Shown here: one piece after another, positions 55,333-64,000 of the stretch
Position numbering within the stretch: position 1 is the stretch's first letter
How the letters are laid out: each line of letters begins with the position of its first letter
Source: a virus
Length of the DNA: 64,000 nucleotides
IMG/VR virus record: IMGVR_UViG_3300028920_000027
Location: 64,001-128,000 of that record
Strand: one strand, 5' to 3'
Made by a program: the position numbers and the translations under genes
Notes under the pieces: model-generated
What the model was told of the DNA's origin: nothing
Seen by the model: the letters and a program-made list of their open reading frames with translations, nothing else
Databases searched by the model: none

Positions 55333-55707
55333 GTGGGGAGTGGGGACTACAACAATCCCCACGTGACAGAGTTTGGAGAGCACGTTCGGGCTCGCCGTGA
55401 GGCGGCGGGGCTATCGGTACGTCAGTTGGCCAAGCAAGCAGGTCTCGACCACAGCTACTTGAGCCGACTGGAGCTGGCCAAGGTCGGGACCTACCCCCCT
55501 TCGGAGGGGAAGGTCCAGGAGTTGGCCAAGGTGCTGGGCGAAGACCCAGACGTCCTGCTTGCGATGACGGGTCGAGTTTCCCGGGAGCTACTCAAGGTGA
55601 TCTTGAGCCGCCCCCGGGAGTTTGCTCAGCTTATCCGGCAGCTCAAAGACGCACCGGCCAACGCCATCCTCAGGGTGGTCCGAGAAGTGCGGGATGGAGA
55701 GTGGTAA
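55333..55707 (+). CDS. XRE-family HTH transcriptional regulator
   Basis: FGEHVRARRE..GLSVRQLA...GLDHSYLSRLE; start may be GTG 55363. Confidence 0.9.
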   Translation: MGSGDYNNPHVTEFGEHVRARREAAGLSVRQLAKQAGLDHSYLSRLELAKVGTYPPSEGKVQELAKVLGEDPDVLLAMTGRVSRELLKVILSRPREFAQLIRQLKDAPANAILRVVREVRDGEW

Positions 55708-55708
55708 C

Positions 55709-56188
55709 ATGCTGGAATTGCACAATGATGAGCTGGTTTATGCGGTCCGCCACTCGGGATCACTCCAGAGAGCATCAGGGCAACCCTTTCCAGTGACCAG
55801 GTGCAGGTGCTCAAGGAAAAGCGTAAGGGGACCGTTCGTGACGGAGCGTGGGGTTAGCCCTGCTGTAGCTGGATCGATGGCACTCATGGGACACCTAAGT
55901 GCCGCCACCCGCGGCTTCGAGACCTGGGTCACCGAGGTGGCCCAGTCCGCGGGGATTCCCTACCTCGAAGAAGGGGAGCACCCCTCTGACTATAAGGTCA
56001 TGTCGATCTCTGACGTGATGCGCCTGGTCTCGAAGCCCAAGGGGATGTGGTCGGATAACTCCCAGCTGTGCTGGGTAATCCTCAACGGGGACGGACAAGC
56101 TCTGGGTATCCGGTCAATCGATCTATATCATAACCGAGAACGCGCCTATGAGCTGGTCCGGGTGCTGGAGCGCTCCGGTGTAGAGTGA
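55709..56188 (+). CDS. Hypothetical protein
   Basis: ATG 55709 two nt after the XRE stop. Confidence 0.65.
   Translation: MLELHNDELVYAVRHSGSLQRASGQPFPVTRCRCSRKSVRGPFVTERGVSPAVAGSMALMGHLSAATRGFETWVTEVAQSAGIPYLEEGEHPSDYKVMSISDVMRLVSKPKGMWSDNSQLCWVILNGDGQALGIRSIDLYHNRERAYELVRVLERSGVE
56177..56186 (+). promoter_or_regulatory. GGTG-TAGAGT promoter motif for the CTA tRNA
   Basis: 27 nt before the tRNA 5' end. Confidence 0.7.
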
Positions 56189-56213
56189 GGTGTGGGGCCT
56201 TGTGCCCCGCGCC

Positions 56214-56291
56214 GTCCCCGTAGCTCAATCTGGCAGAGCACCCGCTTCTAGTTCGGGTTGTTGCAGGTTCAATTCCTGTCGGGGGCCCCCA
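56214..56291 (+). tRNA. Putative amber suppressor tRNA (CTA)
   Basis: GTCCCCG/CGGGGGC acceptor; CCCG-C[TT CTA GT]T-CGGG; canonical D and T arms; own GGTGTAGAGT promoter. Confidence 0.75.
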
Positions 56292-56566
56292 TGGCCACGT
56301 TTGAAGATCAAGTCGACGAGTTCATCGAGAATTGCACTGCCATCGACGTGGGGGTCAGACAGCTTCTTCAAGAGCAGGGGGTGGAGGCCAACACCCCCGA
56401 GAATGTCGAGATCATGGCTCAGATCAACGCCAAGCTCAGCGAGGTAGTTGATCTTGTGGGGGCGCTCGTCAGGTCTGCGGGTAGCTCTTGTTCCACTGGA
56501 CCTGTCGAGGCATCAGCTCAGCCACCGCATCCTGCTGTTCATCGGTCCACTGACCCTGAGCCCTAG
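56291..56566 (+). CDS. Hypothetical protein (MATFEDQ...)
   Basis: ATG abuts the tRNA 3' end. Confidence 0.6.
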   Translation: MATFEDQVDEFIENCTAIDVGVRQLLQEQGVEANTPENVEIMAQINAKLSEVVDLVGALVRSAGSSCSTGPVEASAQPPHPAVHRSTDPEP

Positions 56567-56882
56567 CGTACCAATTGACCACCAGCTTTTCCTTGCTGGG
56601 GGTGTTGCGGCTGTCCACATAGATCTCGCCCATATCACGGAACGAGATCCCTTGGTCCAGAAGGTCGGGCCGAGCATTAACCACTACGTTCTGAAGTGCT
56701 TGGAGAGCCTTCTCGGCAGAAACAAGGCTCCCAGTGAGGTGGTGAATGCGGCCGTAGCCCGTGACTGTCGTCCACACCTGGATCCCATACTGGTCCACCT
56801 CAGCATAGAGGCCATCGTGCTGACCAGACCCAACTCTCTGCTGGGCTTCTCGGGTTTTCCAATCCTTGGCGGTGATAGTCAT
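56469..56882 (-). CDS. Hypothetical protein (137 aa)
   Basis: GAGGA RBS; ORF track. Confidence 0.7.
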   Translation of the reverse strand: MTITAKDWKTREAQQRVGSGQHDGLYAEVDQYGIQVWTTVTGYGRIHHLTGSLVSAEKALQALQNVVVNARPDLLDQGISFRDMGEIYVDSRNTPSKEKLVVNWYARAQGQWTDEQQDAVAELMPRQVQWNKSYPQT

Positions 56883-56962
56883 GGATCCTCATACGATGGA
56901 AGCAACTCGTTCAGTCAAGAATGGGCCACAAATGAATCACCGGGCCGGTGTACGGTGGTTTC

Positions 56963-57547
56963 GTGCAGGACGAACAAGAACGCCTCAAACGCGAGCTGGC
57001 CGACCTGGAATCGAAGGCTGCCTTCGTTCGCCAGCGCCTTTGCGAGTTGAACGATGACATCGTGGGCCCCTTCGGGTCCCGTGCCAAGGGCAAGCAAGAC
57101 GACATCTACACATGTCGAGGGTGCGGCTTGAGCAGCAAAAATGTCGAGTGTGCAGGCATCTACTACTGCCCCAATCCCCTTTGCACGTCGAGTGGGGCCG
57201 CACCCCACCGGGCCAAGATGAAGAGCTTCCAGGAGGACAAGAACGGCCGGCACACGGTGGACCCCGACGAGATGCTTCAGGTGGGGCTCAAGTTCCTGCA
57301 CGAGCACCCACCTAGTGATCTCACCGCCGCCGTGCGACGGATGCTCCCCTACTGGGCCAAGCAAGGCACTTGGGGGGCCATCGAGGCGTGGATGGAGGCG
57401 ACGGGCCAGACCCTGCCCGATCACTACGAGTCGGGCTGGGGTCCCGGTCCACACCCCTGCACCAACGGCTCAGAGAAGGGCGTGGAGCCCCTGCGATATG
57501 TTCACTTGACCTCCGCCTGCTTCTCGCCGTCGGGTGACACCCCGTAG
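56963..57547 (+). CDS. Hypothetical zinc-binding protein
   Basis: CRGCG...CPNPLC; GGTGTACGGT 6 nt before GTG. Confidence 0.75.
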   Translation: MQDEQERLKRELADLESKAAFVRQRLCELNDDIVGPFGSRAKGKQDDIYTCRGCGLSSKNVECAGIYYCPNPLCTSSGAAPHRAKMKSFQEDKNGRHTVDPDEMLQVGLKFLHEHPPSDLTAAVRRMLPYWAKQGTWGAIEAWMEATGQTLPDHYESGWGPGPHPCTNGSEKGVEPLRYVHLTSACFSPSGDTP

Positions 57548-58434
57548 CCCATCTTTTTCAGCTCCTTTGCCATGTCACATTCATCGCCGGGGAGCATCGA
57601 TCGGGGCTCAGGCTCGGGCCCCTCATCCGATTTCATCAGCGCCTTGACGTGGGTATGTGCCGGGCTGCGGAACCGACTTACCTCGTCGGCCCCCTCGCGT
57701 TGAGCAGACCACACCACAATCGACGGAATATCACCAGGAGAAGTAGACTTCTCGATGTCAACCTGTCTCACGACGTATGAGACAGGTTGGTTCGTGACCA
57801 TGCGTCGCCTGGCGTCTCTCACCGGGTTCGACATGAACACCACCATGCCAACCGTCAGCCGTTCGACAGGAAGGTGCACGACGGTGGAGGGGCCCACCGT
57901 GGTCTCGCTCTTCAAGTGGTTAGCGATCTCTCCAGGAAGAGGTGTGTTCCCCCGCTTCGTGCCCGGCTGGGTCGGCGTGATGAACGTTCGGGATAGGACC
58001 TGGGTTCCTTCCTGCGCTTTGACGTCTTCAGCCAGCCTTGCCTGCGATTGTTCCAGCGTGAAGGGCTGTACGCCCATGAGTTGCAGCTGCCCTCTCCAGA
58101 AGAGTCGGCGAACGCGCGAAAGGTCCGAGCCGGAGCCGGGGTCGTGGGCGCCCAATTGGTGAGCTTGGTGGAAGAATCCTGTACCCGGGATCCCCGTGTC
58201 GTGGTTAACCACAACTGCTGTGGTTAACGGGCGACCTCGGGTGTGGTCTTCCTCGGCAATCATCGCGAGGGCATCAGGAAGGCTGCACCCCTTGGGAGTG
58301 TCCTTCAGGGCGTCGGCGATGGCACCATAGGTGGTGAGCAGCTTGAGGTGGTGGGCGAAGTAGTGGACAATCCCTCGAACCTGGGCAGCGTAGACAGCTA
58401 CCCGCACGTCATCGTGCAGACCTTCGATAGGCAT
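57502..58434 (-). CDS. Hypothetical protein with N-terminal winged-helix-like domain
   Basis: TTYGAIADAL...RPLTTAVVV..DTGIPGTGFF; GGAGG RBS. Confidence 0.75.
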   Translation of the reverse strand: MPIEGLHDDVRVAVYAAQVRGIVHYFAHHLKLLTTYGAIADALKDTPKGCSLPDALAMIAEEDHTRGRPLTTAVVVNHDTGIPGTGFFHQAHQLGAHDPGSGSDLSRVRRLFWRGQLQLMGVQPFTLEQSQARLAEDVKAQEGTQVLSRTFITPTQPGTKRGNTPLPGEIANHLKSETTVGPSTVVHLPVERLTVGMVVFMSNPVRDARRRMVTNQPVSYVVRQVDIEKSTSPGDIPSIVVWSAQREGADEVSRFRSPAHTHVKALMKSDEGPEPEPRSMLPGDECDMAKELKKMGYGVSPDGEKQAEVK

Positions 58435-58513
58435 GATGCCTCCTGATTGTGAGCGCCCGCCAGTTTGTGCGGGCCGACACGGGACCATCCCCGCGGCACT
58501 CAAAGCCAAAGCA

Positions 58514-58948
58514 TCAAAGGATCCTCAGCGTAGAGTCCACCCACGCTACCCAATCGACGAGGCGGTAGAAGCGTTGACCCTCGATGTAGTCCAGCACGCG
58601 CCTGAGGCTCCACGGCTTCCAGTCTGGGTTGTCCCAACGCATGGGCTCGGAGTCATAGGCACGCCACTCGTTGAGTTTCCAGTTCCAGCCCACCTCGGGG
58701 CGGGGGGCACTGGAGTCAGCCCCTTTGCAGAAGACAATAGTCCTGAAGGTAGGCATCCTCGCCGGCAGCTCCATGTTCAGCGCTCGCCTCTTCAAAAGGT
58801 AGCGTGAGTAGCTGATGAGAAGCTCGATCTCTGCCGCGGTCGGCATTCGACTCCCCTGATCAAGGCAGATGAGCCAAGGGATGGACACCCGCGGTGGAGC
58901 CACTGCGATTCCCATCTCCCTCAGTCTCTGCTCTTGGGTTGGAGTCAC
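58514..58948 (-). CDS. Trp-rich hypothetical protein
   Basis: GGTGTAGACT 6 nt before GTG. Confidence 0.7.
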   Translation of the reverse strand: MTPTQEQRLREMGIAVAPPRVSIPWLICLDQGSRMPTAAEIELLISYSRYLLKRRALNMELPARMPTFRTIVFCKGADSSAPRPEVGWNWKLNEWRAYDSEPMRWDNPDWKPWSLRRVLDYIEGQRFYRLVDWVAWVDSTLRIL

Positions 58949-58954
58949 CCCTTC

Positions 58955-58964
58955 AGTCTACACC
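58955..58964 (-). promoter_or_regulatory. GGTG-TAGACT promoter motif
   Basis: 6 nt before GTG 58948. Confidence 0.7.
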
Positions 58965-59271
58965 ACGGGCCGGAACGTGGGAGTCTGACAAATGGCGAGA
59001 ACAACTCCTGCGTGCCTTCACGCCCACAGCATGGCAACGCCTGATGTAGGTGAGCCGCCATCACGAGGTGGGCCCGTGCGGCGGCTCAGCATTAGGCACA
59101 TCCCTCCAAAGGAGTTTTGTCTTTCCCTCCAGAAGTCGTGTCTGGGACTATTCTACACCAGTCCCGACTTATCGGTCCATACAGAACGGCTTGCGAGCAC
59201 AGTCGGGGCAAATGCGGCTCACCTGCTCCCGGGTGAGCAGGGGATCAGCTGAGGCTACCTTCTGCTTGACC

Positions 59272-59556
59272 ATGCCTCTCCTGGACATCAAAACTTCTGC
59301 CACTCACCTACACTCACTTATATTTACCCACACTAATGGCAGATTCTTTGATGAACCACTCTGGGAAGACATGAGACCTCCAATTGCTTTGAACCAGCCA
59401 CAGCTTCCCTACCGCGTCGTCCGGAAGCGGGTTCGTTTCAGCGATGGGACCACGAAGGTTTTTCCTGTCAAGGTCTACAAGTTCCCTCAGGACGGAGGCA
59501 CCCCTCTCAAGGTGCTGCCCTCAGAGTACGGGTTGGGGGACGCTTTCAGCTTTTGA
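59272..59556 (+). CDS. Hypothetical protein
   Basis: ATG 59272 in ORF 59050..59556. Confidence 0.55.
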   Translation: MPLLDIKTSATHLHSLIFTHTNGRFFDEPLWEDMRPPIALNQPQLPYRVVRKRVRFSDGTTKVFPVKVYKFPQDGGTPLKVLPSEYGLGDAFSF

Positions 59557-59558
59557 TC

Positions 59559-59568
59559 GGTGTATGAT
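59559..59568 (+). promoter_or_regulatory. GGTG-TATGAT promoter motif (HD hydrolase, leaderless)
   Basis: 5 nt before ATG 59574. Confidence 0.75.
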
Positions 59569-59573
59569 CCGCC

Positions 59574-60149
59574 ATGGCGGATCGTGGCGATTGGATGCAG
59601 ACGACGAGTGGGCGTGCCTTCTGGCCCCTCGACCCAAGACCCGAAGACATTTGCATTCGAGATATCGCCATTGCGTTAAGCAAGCTTTGTCGTTTTGGAG
59701 GCCACACCCACGAGTTTATCTTTTACTCTGTTGCGGAACACTGCCTCTACGGCGCCCACAACGGCGCCTTCGATTTGGAGTTGCAGCACCTGTTCTTGCT
59801 GCACGATGCCTCCGAAGCCTACCTTCAGGATCTGATTCTGCCCCTCAAGCGCGTCCTAACGGATTACCGCAAGATCGAGGCACGTGTTGAACAGGTCATC
59901 TTCGAGAAGTTCGGACTCTGGGAAGCATTCCAACGACGTCGAGCCGAACTGAAGGCGATCGACGACCGGATGCTCGCCACGGAACTACGGGATTTGATGG
60001 CGGACCCTCCCTACCCTTGGGCCATCGTCGAGAACGTCAAACCTTACCCTCTCAAAATCGAACCTCGGAATGACACCCTAGCCGTAGTCGAGAGTTACCT
60101 ACGATTACACCAAGACCTGTCAGAGAGGAGAGGGCTACATGCTAAATAG
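59574..60149 (+). CDS. HD-domain phosphohydrolase (YfbR/5'-deoxynucleotidase-like)
   Basis: DIAIALSKLCRFGGHT, YSVAEHC, LLHDASEAY. Confidence 0.92.
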   Translation: MADRGDWMQTTSGRAFWPLDPRPEDICIRDIAIALSKLCRFGGHTHEFIFYSVAEHCLYGAHNGAFDLELQHLFLLHDASEAYLQDLILPLKRVLTDYRKIEARVEQVIFEKFGLWEAFQRRRAELKAIDDRMLATELRDLMADPPYPWAIVENVKPYPLKIEPRNDTLAVVESYLRLHQDLSERRGLHAK

Positions 60150-60513
60150 GGGCGAAGGGGTGGTCTACCCTCGGCGCACGTTCACCCTGAAAGCCGATGA
60201 CCTCATCATTGGTCGGGTTGGAATTCGCTGTGCCGAGGAGCACGTGCGAGCGCTGCTGAAAGCGCTGCTCAAGGGCGGTTTCAAGGTTGAGCCTGGGCCG
60301 TCGGTGGATCCCTCCAAGTGTGCCGACTGCTCAGGCTACGTGCCGATGTACGTGGTGGGAGACGAGGTCTGGGCCAAAGCCATCGCCACGAAGCCTGCCC
60401 GATTCCTTTGCCTGAGTTGTCTGGAGCAACGTCTCGGGCGCCTACTACTGTTCCAGGACTTCCCTGAAGCTAACCCCACCAACCAAGCCATACACTACTT
60501 GAGGCCCCGGTGA
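60139..60513 (+). CDS. Hypothetical zinc-finger protein
   Basis: CADC...FLCLSCLEQRLGR. Confidence 0.75.
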   Translation: MLNRGEGVVYPRRTFTLKADDLIIGRVGIRCAEEHVRALLKALLKGGFKVEPGPSVDPSKCADCSGYVPMYVVGDEVWAKAIATKPARFLCLSCLEQRLGRLLLFQDFPEANPTNQAIHYLRPR

Positions 60514-61025
60514 AACGTCGTCTATTCCTCGAACGAGTCGACACCAAAGAAGTGCACATCGCCCACGTCACGGGTTCGGTGATGGTATGGGAAGAAGGCG
60601 ACTGGAGACCACTCGGCAGTGGGGTGTCGAGGTTAGACACCACAGGTACTTATATTATCGCGCCCTTGGTCGAGATTCTTCCCCTCAAGCCCAGCTTGCG
60701 GGAAGCTCGGAAGTGGGAAGGGTATAACGACAAATGGCACGGCCTTCGCGCCCGCGCCGCGCTCTGGGACCAACAGAGGTATGACTACGTGACCTCCTGC
60801 ATGGGCCTCTTGGCTCAGTCGTGGAACTTCGTCCTCTCTTGGAACCGCAAGCTCCCTCAAAGCATCGCTCTGGTTGCCATCCAACATGACGTCGTGGATT
60901 ACCAAGACCCGGGGCACGCACCGAACTGGGTCGAGATGCTGCGGGATGAGTTCGCGAGGCAATCGAAGACCGTTCAGCCCCACCAGCTTTCCTTCTGGGA
61001 ACGTATCGGCAAGGGCGAGTTCTGA
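60510..61025 (+). CDS. Hypothetical protein ending QLSFWERIGKGEF
   Basis: Coupled at both ends. Confidence 0.7.
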   Translation: MKRRLFLERVDTKEVHIAHVTGSVMVWEEGDWRPLGSGVSRLDTTGTYIIAPLVEILPLKPSLREARKWEGYNDKWHGLRARAALWDQQRYDYVTSCMGLLAQSWNFVLSWNRKLPQSIALVAIQHDVVDYQDPGHAPNWVEMLRDEFARQSKTVQPHQLSFWERIGKGEF

Positions 61026-62782
61026 TGAACCGGGAAGCCGTTCGCATCCCACGGGCACACCGGGTTGCCTACTTCGAGAAACAGTTGCGCCTCCACCGCA
61101 ACCATCCAGAATTCCGGCTCGCCGACGAGCCCTTGCGCCGCTTGATCGGCTTCTCCTGTACCTGTGGAGGATCCGAGACCTTGATTCAGATCAGCCTTGC
61201 CTCCGTCCGCGAGCTGATGCCCCAAGCGTTGCGGGCCTTCCAGAATGTCCGCAACCAGCACATGAACTACGGGTTGCGGCAAAAGAAGAGGCGAACTCGC
61301 GCCGATAAGAAAGCACGGGCCCTCCTATTCAGTCACCTCACCAAACAGCAGAAGTGGCACTATCGGGCCCACGGCTGCATCCGCTTCACAGGTGGTGACG
61401 GGCACGAGTACGAGATCGAGCTGAACGTCTGCAACAACGTCTACAAGCTCGAAGACGGCCATCGAAAGGTACGCTACTGCGTCGTCTTCAAGGGTCATAG
61501 AAGACTCCCCCTGTACGACCTGATGCTGGCCCAAATGGTCATACTCAAGGTAAACCCCGACTACTTCCACGAGATCGCCATCAAGTCAGAGATCAACGAC
61601 TACCGTGACGTGGGAGCCCCTCTCCAAGGTCAGCAGCTAGAAGGTGCCGCCGAAGCCGCCGAGGTGGGTCATGAGGGCGTTGTCATCCGCCGAAACGTGC
61701 AAGGGCTGGTTGAGCGCCTTCAGCAACGACTCAATGAGTTCGAGCAGCAACGCTACACCCATCCTGAAGCCAACCTCCGCCAGCAACTTCAGGAAGTCGG
61801 GTTTGGGCGTCCCGAGATCCTGATGAACGACTTGATCTTCAGAAAGGAGCAGGGCAACGATCAGGCGATTGAGTACGACGTTCCCCTGGGCGGGGCCGCC
61901 TACTACTTGAACTGGGACGACAGCATTGTGGCCACGTGCGGGCCCCGCGTCATGGTGCCGCGCCTCAACCTCGATGACGTCGACTACGCAGTGGCCGTGA
62001 TTGCCCTCTTGCAAGCCGCTGCGTGCTGCACCTACGACCACTACGACCAGGTGTTGGACCACTTCCGACAGTATGATCTCCAGTTTGCCCAGGTCCTCTT
62101 TCACCCGGATGACGAGCCCGTGTTCGTCGAGTGGATCGCGGGCGCTCGCTGGGTCCCCTACCTGACCACGGACGAGCGGGTCCCTCGGGGCAAAGCCCTT
62201 TGCCTGACCAACGCAGAGTTCCTGGGCATCATCACCCATTGGCATGCAAACGATGGCGAACCGGCAGGGATTGGGTTCTGCGTTCTTAACAACCGGGGCG
62301 TCGTCAAGCTTAGACTTCCCCCAGATGAGGATGACCGTGAAGACATTGATGAGGTTCAAGTGGGCCCCAGACGACCAGAGGGATGTGGTCCAGGTCCGAA
62401 AGATCTTTCAACACCACCGCTTTCAGGGCCGGAAGATCTTCAAGGTCGGAGAGGACGGAGAGATGGGAGACCCGATGGAGGTCTTCGATCCGAGCGAGGG
62501 GAGGATGGTCGTGTCGGAGCGGATGACGTCGTTCGAGAGGATCCGGGAGAGCTCGGAGAGCTCGGAGAGCCCGGAGAGTACCTCAGGAGATGGCTCTCCT
62601 CCGAACGGCGCCGAGGTACCCAGCACCGGCAAGAAGTCAATCTCGAAGGCACCGACCTCAAAGGCCTCACGGAAGACCAGCTCCGGGACCGCCTCGCGGA
62701 AACGTACCTCGAAGAAGGCCCCGAAGAAGGCGGGCACCAAAAAGGCCCCCACCAAGCGCGGTTTTCGGCAGACGGGCAATGA
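61025..62782 (+). CDS. Mosaic protein; N-terminal conserved phage domain, capsid-like C-terminal segment; last approx. 140 codons overlap the next gene
   Basis: KARALLFSHLT.QQ...DLMLAQM; RVPRGKALC...EFLG...GFCVLNNRGVVKL. Confidence 0.7.
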   Translation: MNREAVRIPRAHRVAYFEKQLRLHRNHPEFRLADEPLRRLIGFSCTCGGSETLIQISLASVRELMPQALRAFQNVRNQHMNYGLRQKKRRTRADKKARALLFSHLTKQQKWHYRAHGCIRFTGGDGHEYEIELNVCNNVYKLEDGHRKVRYCVVFKGHRRLPLYDLMLAQMVILKVNPDYFHEIAIKSEINDYRDVGAPLQGQQLEGAAEAAEVGHEGVVIRRNVQGLVERLQQRLNEFEQQRYTHPEANLRQQLQEVGFGRPEILMNDLIFRKEQGNDQAIEYDVPLGGAAYYLNWDDSIVATCGPRVMVPRLNLDDVDYAVAVIALLQAAACCTYDHYDQVLDHFRQYDLQFAQVLFHPDDEPVFVEWIAGARWVPYLTTDERVPRGKALCLTNAEFLGIITHWHANDGEPAGIGFCVLNNRGVVKLRLPPDEDDREDIDEVQVGPRRPEGCGPGPKDLSTPPLSGPEDLQGRRGRRDGRPDGGLRSERGEDGRVGADDVVREDPGELGELGEPGEYLRRWLSSERRRGTQHRQEVNLEGTDLKGLTEDQLRDRLAETYLEEGPEEGGHQKGPHQARFSADGQ

Positions 62783-62873
62783 TGCCCTGGGCAGTCAGAC
62801 CAAGCCCAAGGCGGCCTCGAAGCGGGCACCTGTCAAGAAGACCACCCGGGTTCGCAAGACGACCCGCAAATGA
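62349..62873 (+). CDS. Small-domain protein with histone H1-like Lys/Ala/Thr tail
   Basis: KKAPKKAGTKKAPTKR...KKTTRVRKTTRK; N-terminus resembles 62899 ORF. Confidence 0.75.
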   Translation: MRFKWAPDDQRDVVQVRKIFQHHRFQGRKIFKVGEDGEMGDPMEVFDPSEGRMVVSERMTSFERIRESSESSESPESTSGDGSPPNGAEVPSTGKKSISKAPTSKASRKTSSGTASRKRTSKKAPKKAGTKKAPTKRGFRQTGNDALGSQTKPKAASKRAPVKKTTRVRKTTRK

Positions 62874-62898
62874 CCCCAAAATCGGAAAGGAATGAAGG

Positions 62899-63138
62899 AT
62901 GAGCACAAAAAGGCCTGATCACGTGATGGCTGCGATGGGTGAAGAGGGTGACACCAAGTACAGCTGGGACCCCAGCGATCCTGAATCGGTGGCCGCCGCT
63001 CAGGAGACCTTCAACGGCTACATCTCCGATGGCTACCGTCCCTTCGCCCTGAGCGATGGTACTCAGGGCGAGCAGATGACGGAGTTCAATGCCAGCGCTG
63101 GCAACATCCTGATGGTTCCGCCCATGCAGGGCGGCTGA
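62899..63138 (+). CDS. 79-aa protein ending in di-glycine (PPMQGG)
   Basis: AAGGA RBS; ORF track. Confidence 0.85.
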   Translation: MSTKRPDHVMAAMGEEGDTKYSWDPSDPESVAAAQETFNGYISDGYRPFALSDGTQGEQMTEFNASAGNILMVPPMQGG

Positions 63139-63477
63139 GTGCCGACCAAGCTCGACCATGGCTCCTACTACTCGACAAGCCCCTTCGACGTCGTTCAGCA
63201 CCAGTACGCTGCGGGCGAATGGGGCTATGTCGAGCTACTAGAGGTCAAAGACACCCCCGAGGGCCACCTATCCTTCGTCCTCTTGCTGAACAATACCTCC
63301 GAGGGCCTCTACTTTTTTGACGAAGGGTACCACCTCTGGGAGCGCGCGACCCGAGCCGAGGCCGATCAGCTGTGGGAGTTGTTCTTCAGCAACCCCAAGA
63401 AAATGCGTGAAGCCACAACCCGAGAGACGTGGCTCCTCGACATTCCGCCGCGTGAAGACCTAGCCGCAGGAGGCTAG
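63139..63477 (+). CDS. Hypothetical protein (112 aa)
   Basis: GTG directly after previous stop. Confidence 0.7.
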   Translation: MPTKLDHGSYYSTSPFDVVQHQYAAGEWGYVELLEVKDTPEGHLSFVLLLNNTSEGLYFFDEGYHLWERATRAEADQLWELFFSNPKKMREATTRETWLLDIPPREDLAAGG

Positions 63478-63999
63478 GCGCCACCCGGCGGGGCTCGGCT
63501 GGAAATTGATGTAGTCCGCGTACCCGTGCTGAATCGCAAGGCCCGCTTTGACGAGCTTTACACACCGCTGGTAGGCGGTCTCGTCTTTGCCTCGATAAAG
63601 ATCACATGGCAGGCCCTTCAGCTGCTGGTACAGCTCGGGCGAGAGATCCTGGTTAACCTTAACCGTGTCCTTGATCTCCTCTTCAAGGAGATCCTGAACT
63701 TTGCCAATCTCCTCGGCCGTGTGGACCACGCCGCCAGTGTTCAGGTCAAGGTACCACTGGAGTACTTCAGCACGTGTCCCCAGGTCACTCACGTTCCAAC
63801 GGATGCTGGGACCGTTGCGGCGAATGGGGGCGCTGAATTCACTGTACCTGTATCCAAATACCGGCACCTCGTCCTGGAGGAATCCCATGATCGCCCGCAG
63901 TCGCTGCTTCCCGTCGACGAGCACGTAGTCCGTAGTATCCCCCCGGTTCCACCCTGGACAGTTCAGGTAGACGTTGTTCCCGCTCTGGCCACCTCGAAG
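63460..63999 (-). CDS. DUF262/ParB-like (GmrSD N-terminal-type) protein, 5' part off the right edge
   Basis: YLN...VLVDGKQRLRAI...LQWYLDLNTGG. Confidence 0.8.
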   Translation of the reverse strand, partial: LRGGQSGNNVYLNCPGWNRGDTTDYVLVDGKQRLRAIMGFLQDEVPVFGYRYSEFSAPIRRNGPSIRWNVSDLGTRAEVLQWYLDLNTGGVVHTAEEIGKVQDLLEEEIKDTVKVNQDLSPELYQQLKGLPCDLYRGKDETAYQRCVKLVKAGLAIQHGYADYINFQPSPAGWRLASCG

Positions 64000-64000
64000 G

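Overview
This 64-kb, GC-rich window looks like part of a large (jumbo-type) dsDNA bacteriophage genome. There are no ribosomal or core metabolic genes; the host is unknown, though the GroEL, HNH and two-component gene styles suggest Myxococcota-like bacteria. Left (1-16 kb): a replication/chaperone block (RecD2, NAD-dependent LigA, class II NrdJ, clamp-loader delta and delta-prime, GroEL, vWA protein, HNH). At 17-19.4 kb: a three-gene two-component module. At 23-34.2 kb: a minus-strand array of about 50 tRNA genes covering all 20 amino acids, interleaved with atypical tRNA-like and other structured RNAs, homing-type nucleases and small ORFs. At 34-64 kb: accessory genes (DNA methyltransferase plus a dead paralogue, J-domain protein, two sigma-like proteins, C1 peptidase, dual-specificity phosphatase, HD hydrolase, capsid-like fragments). 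The most unusual locus is 53.3-56.3 kb. It holds a broken Pth2-like gene, two tRNAs with 8-nt anticodon loops, and a conserved 246-aa protein flanked by a 31-nt direct repeat. After these come two tandem circularly permuted tRNA mimics (YrlA/Y-RNA-like architecture, with no Ro60 gene in the window) and a CUA (amber) tRNA. Window-wide signals: a GGTG-TAnnnT promoter motif usually 5-7 nt before start codons (leaderless mRNAs), shared short peptide motifs (RVAxR[YF], Y-D-[RY]-R-x-A, and C-terminal WERL), and several frameshifted accessory genes. All calls are by eye; no database searches were run.
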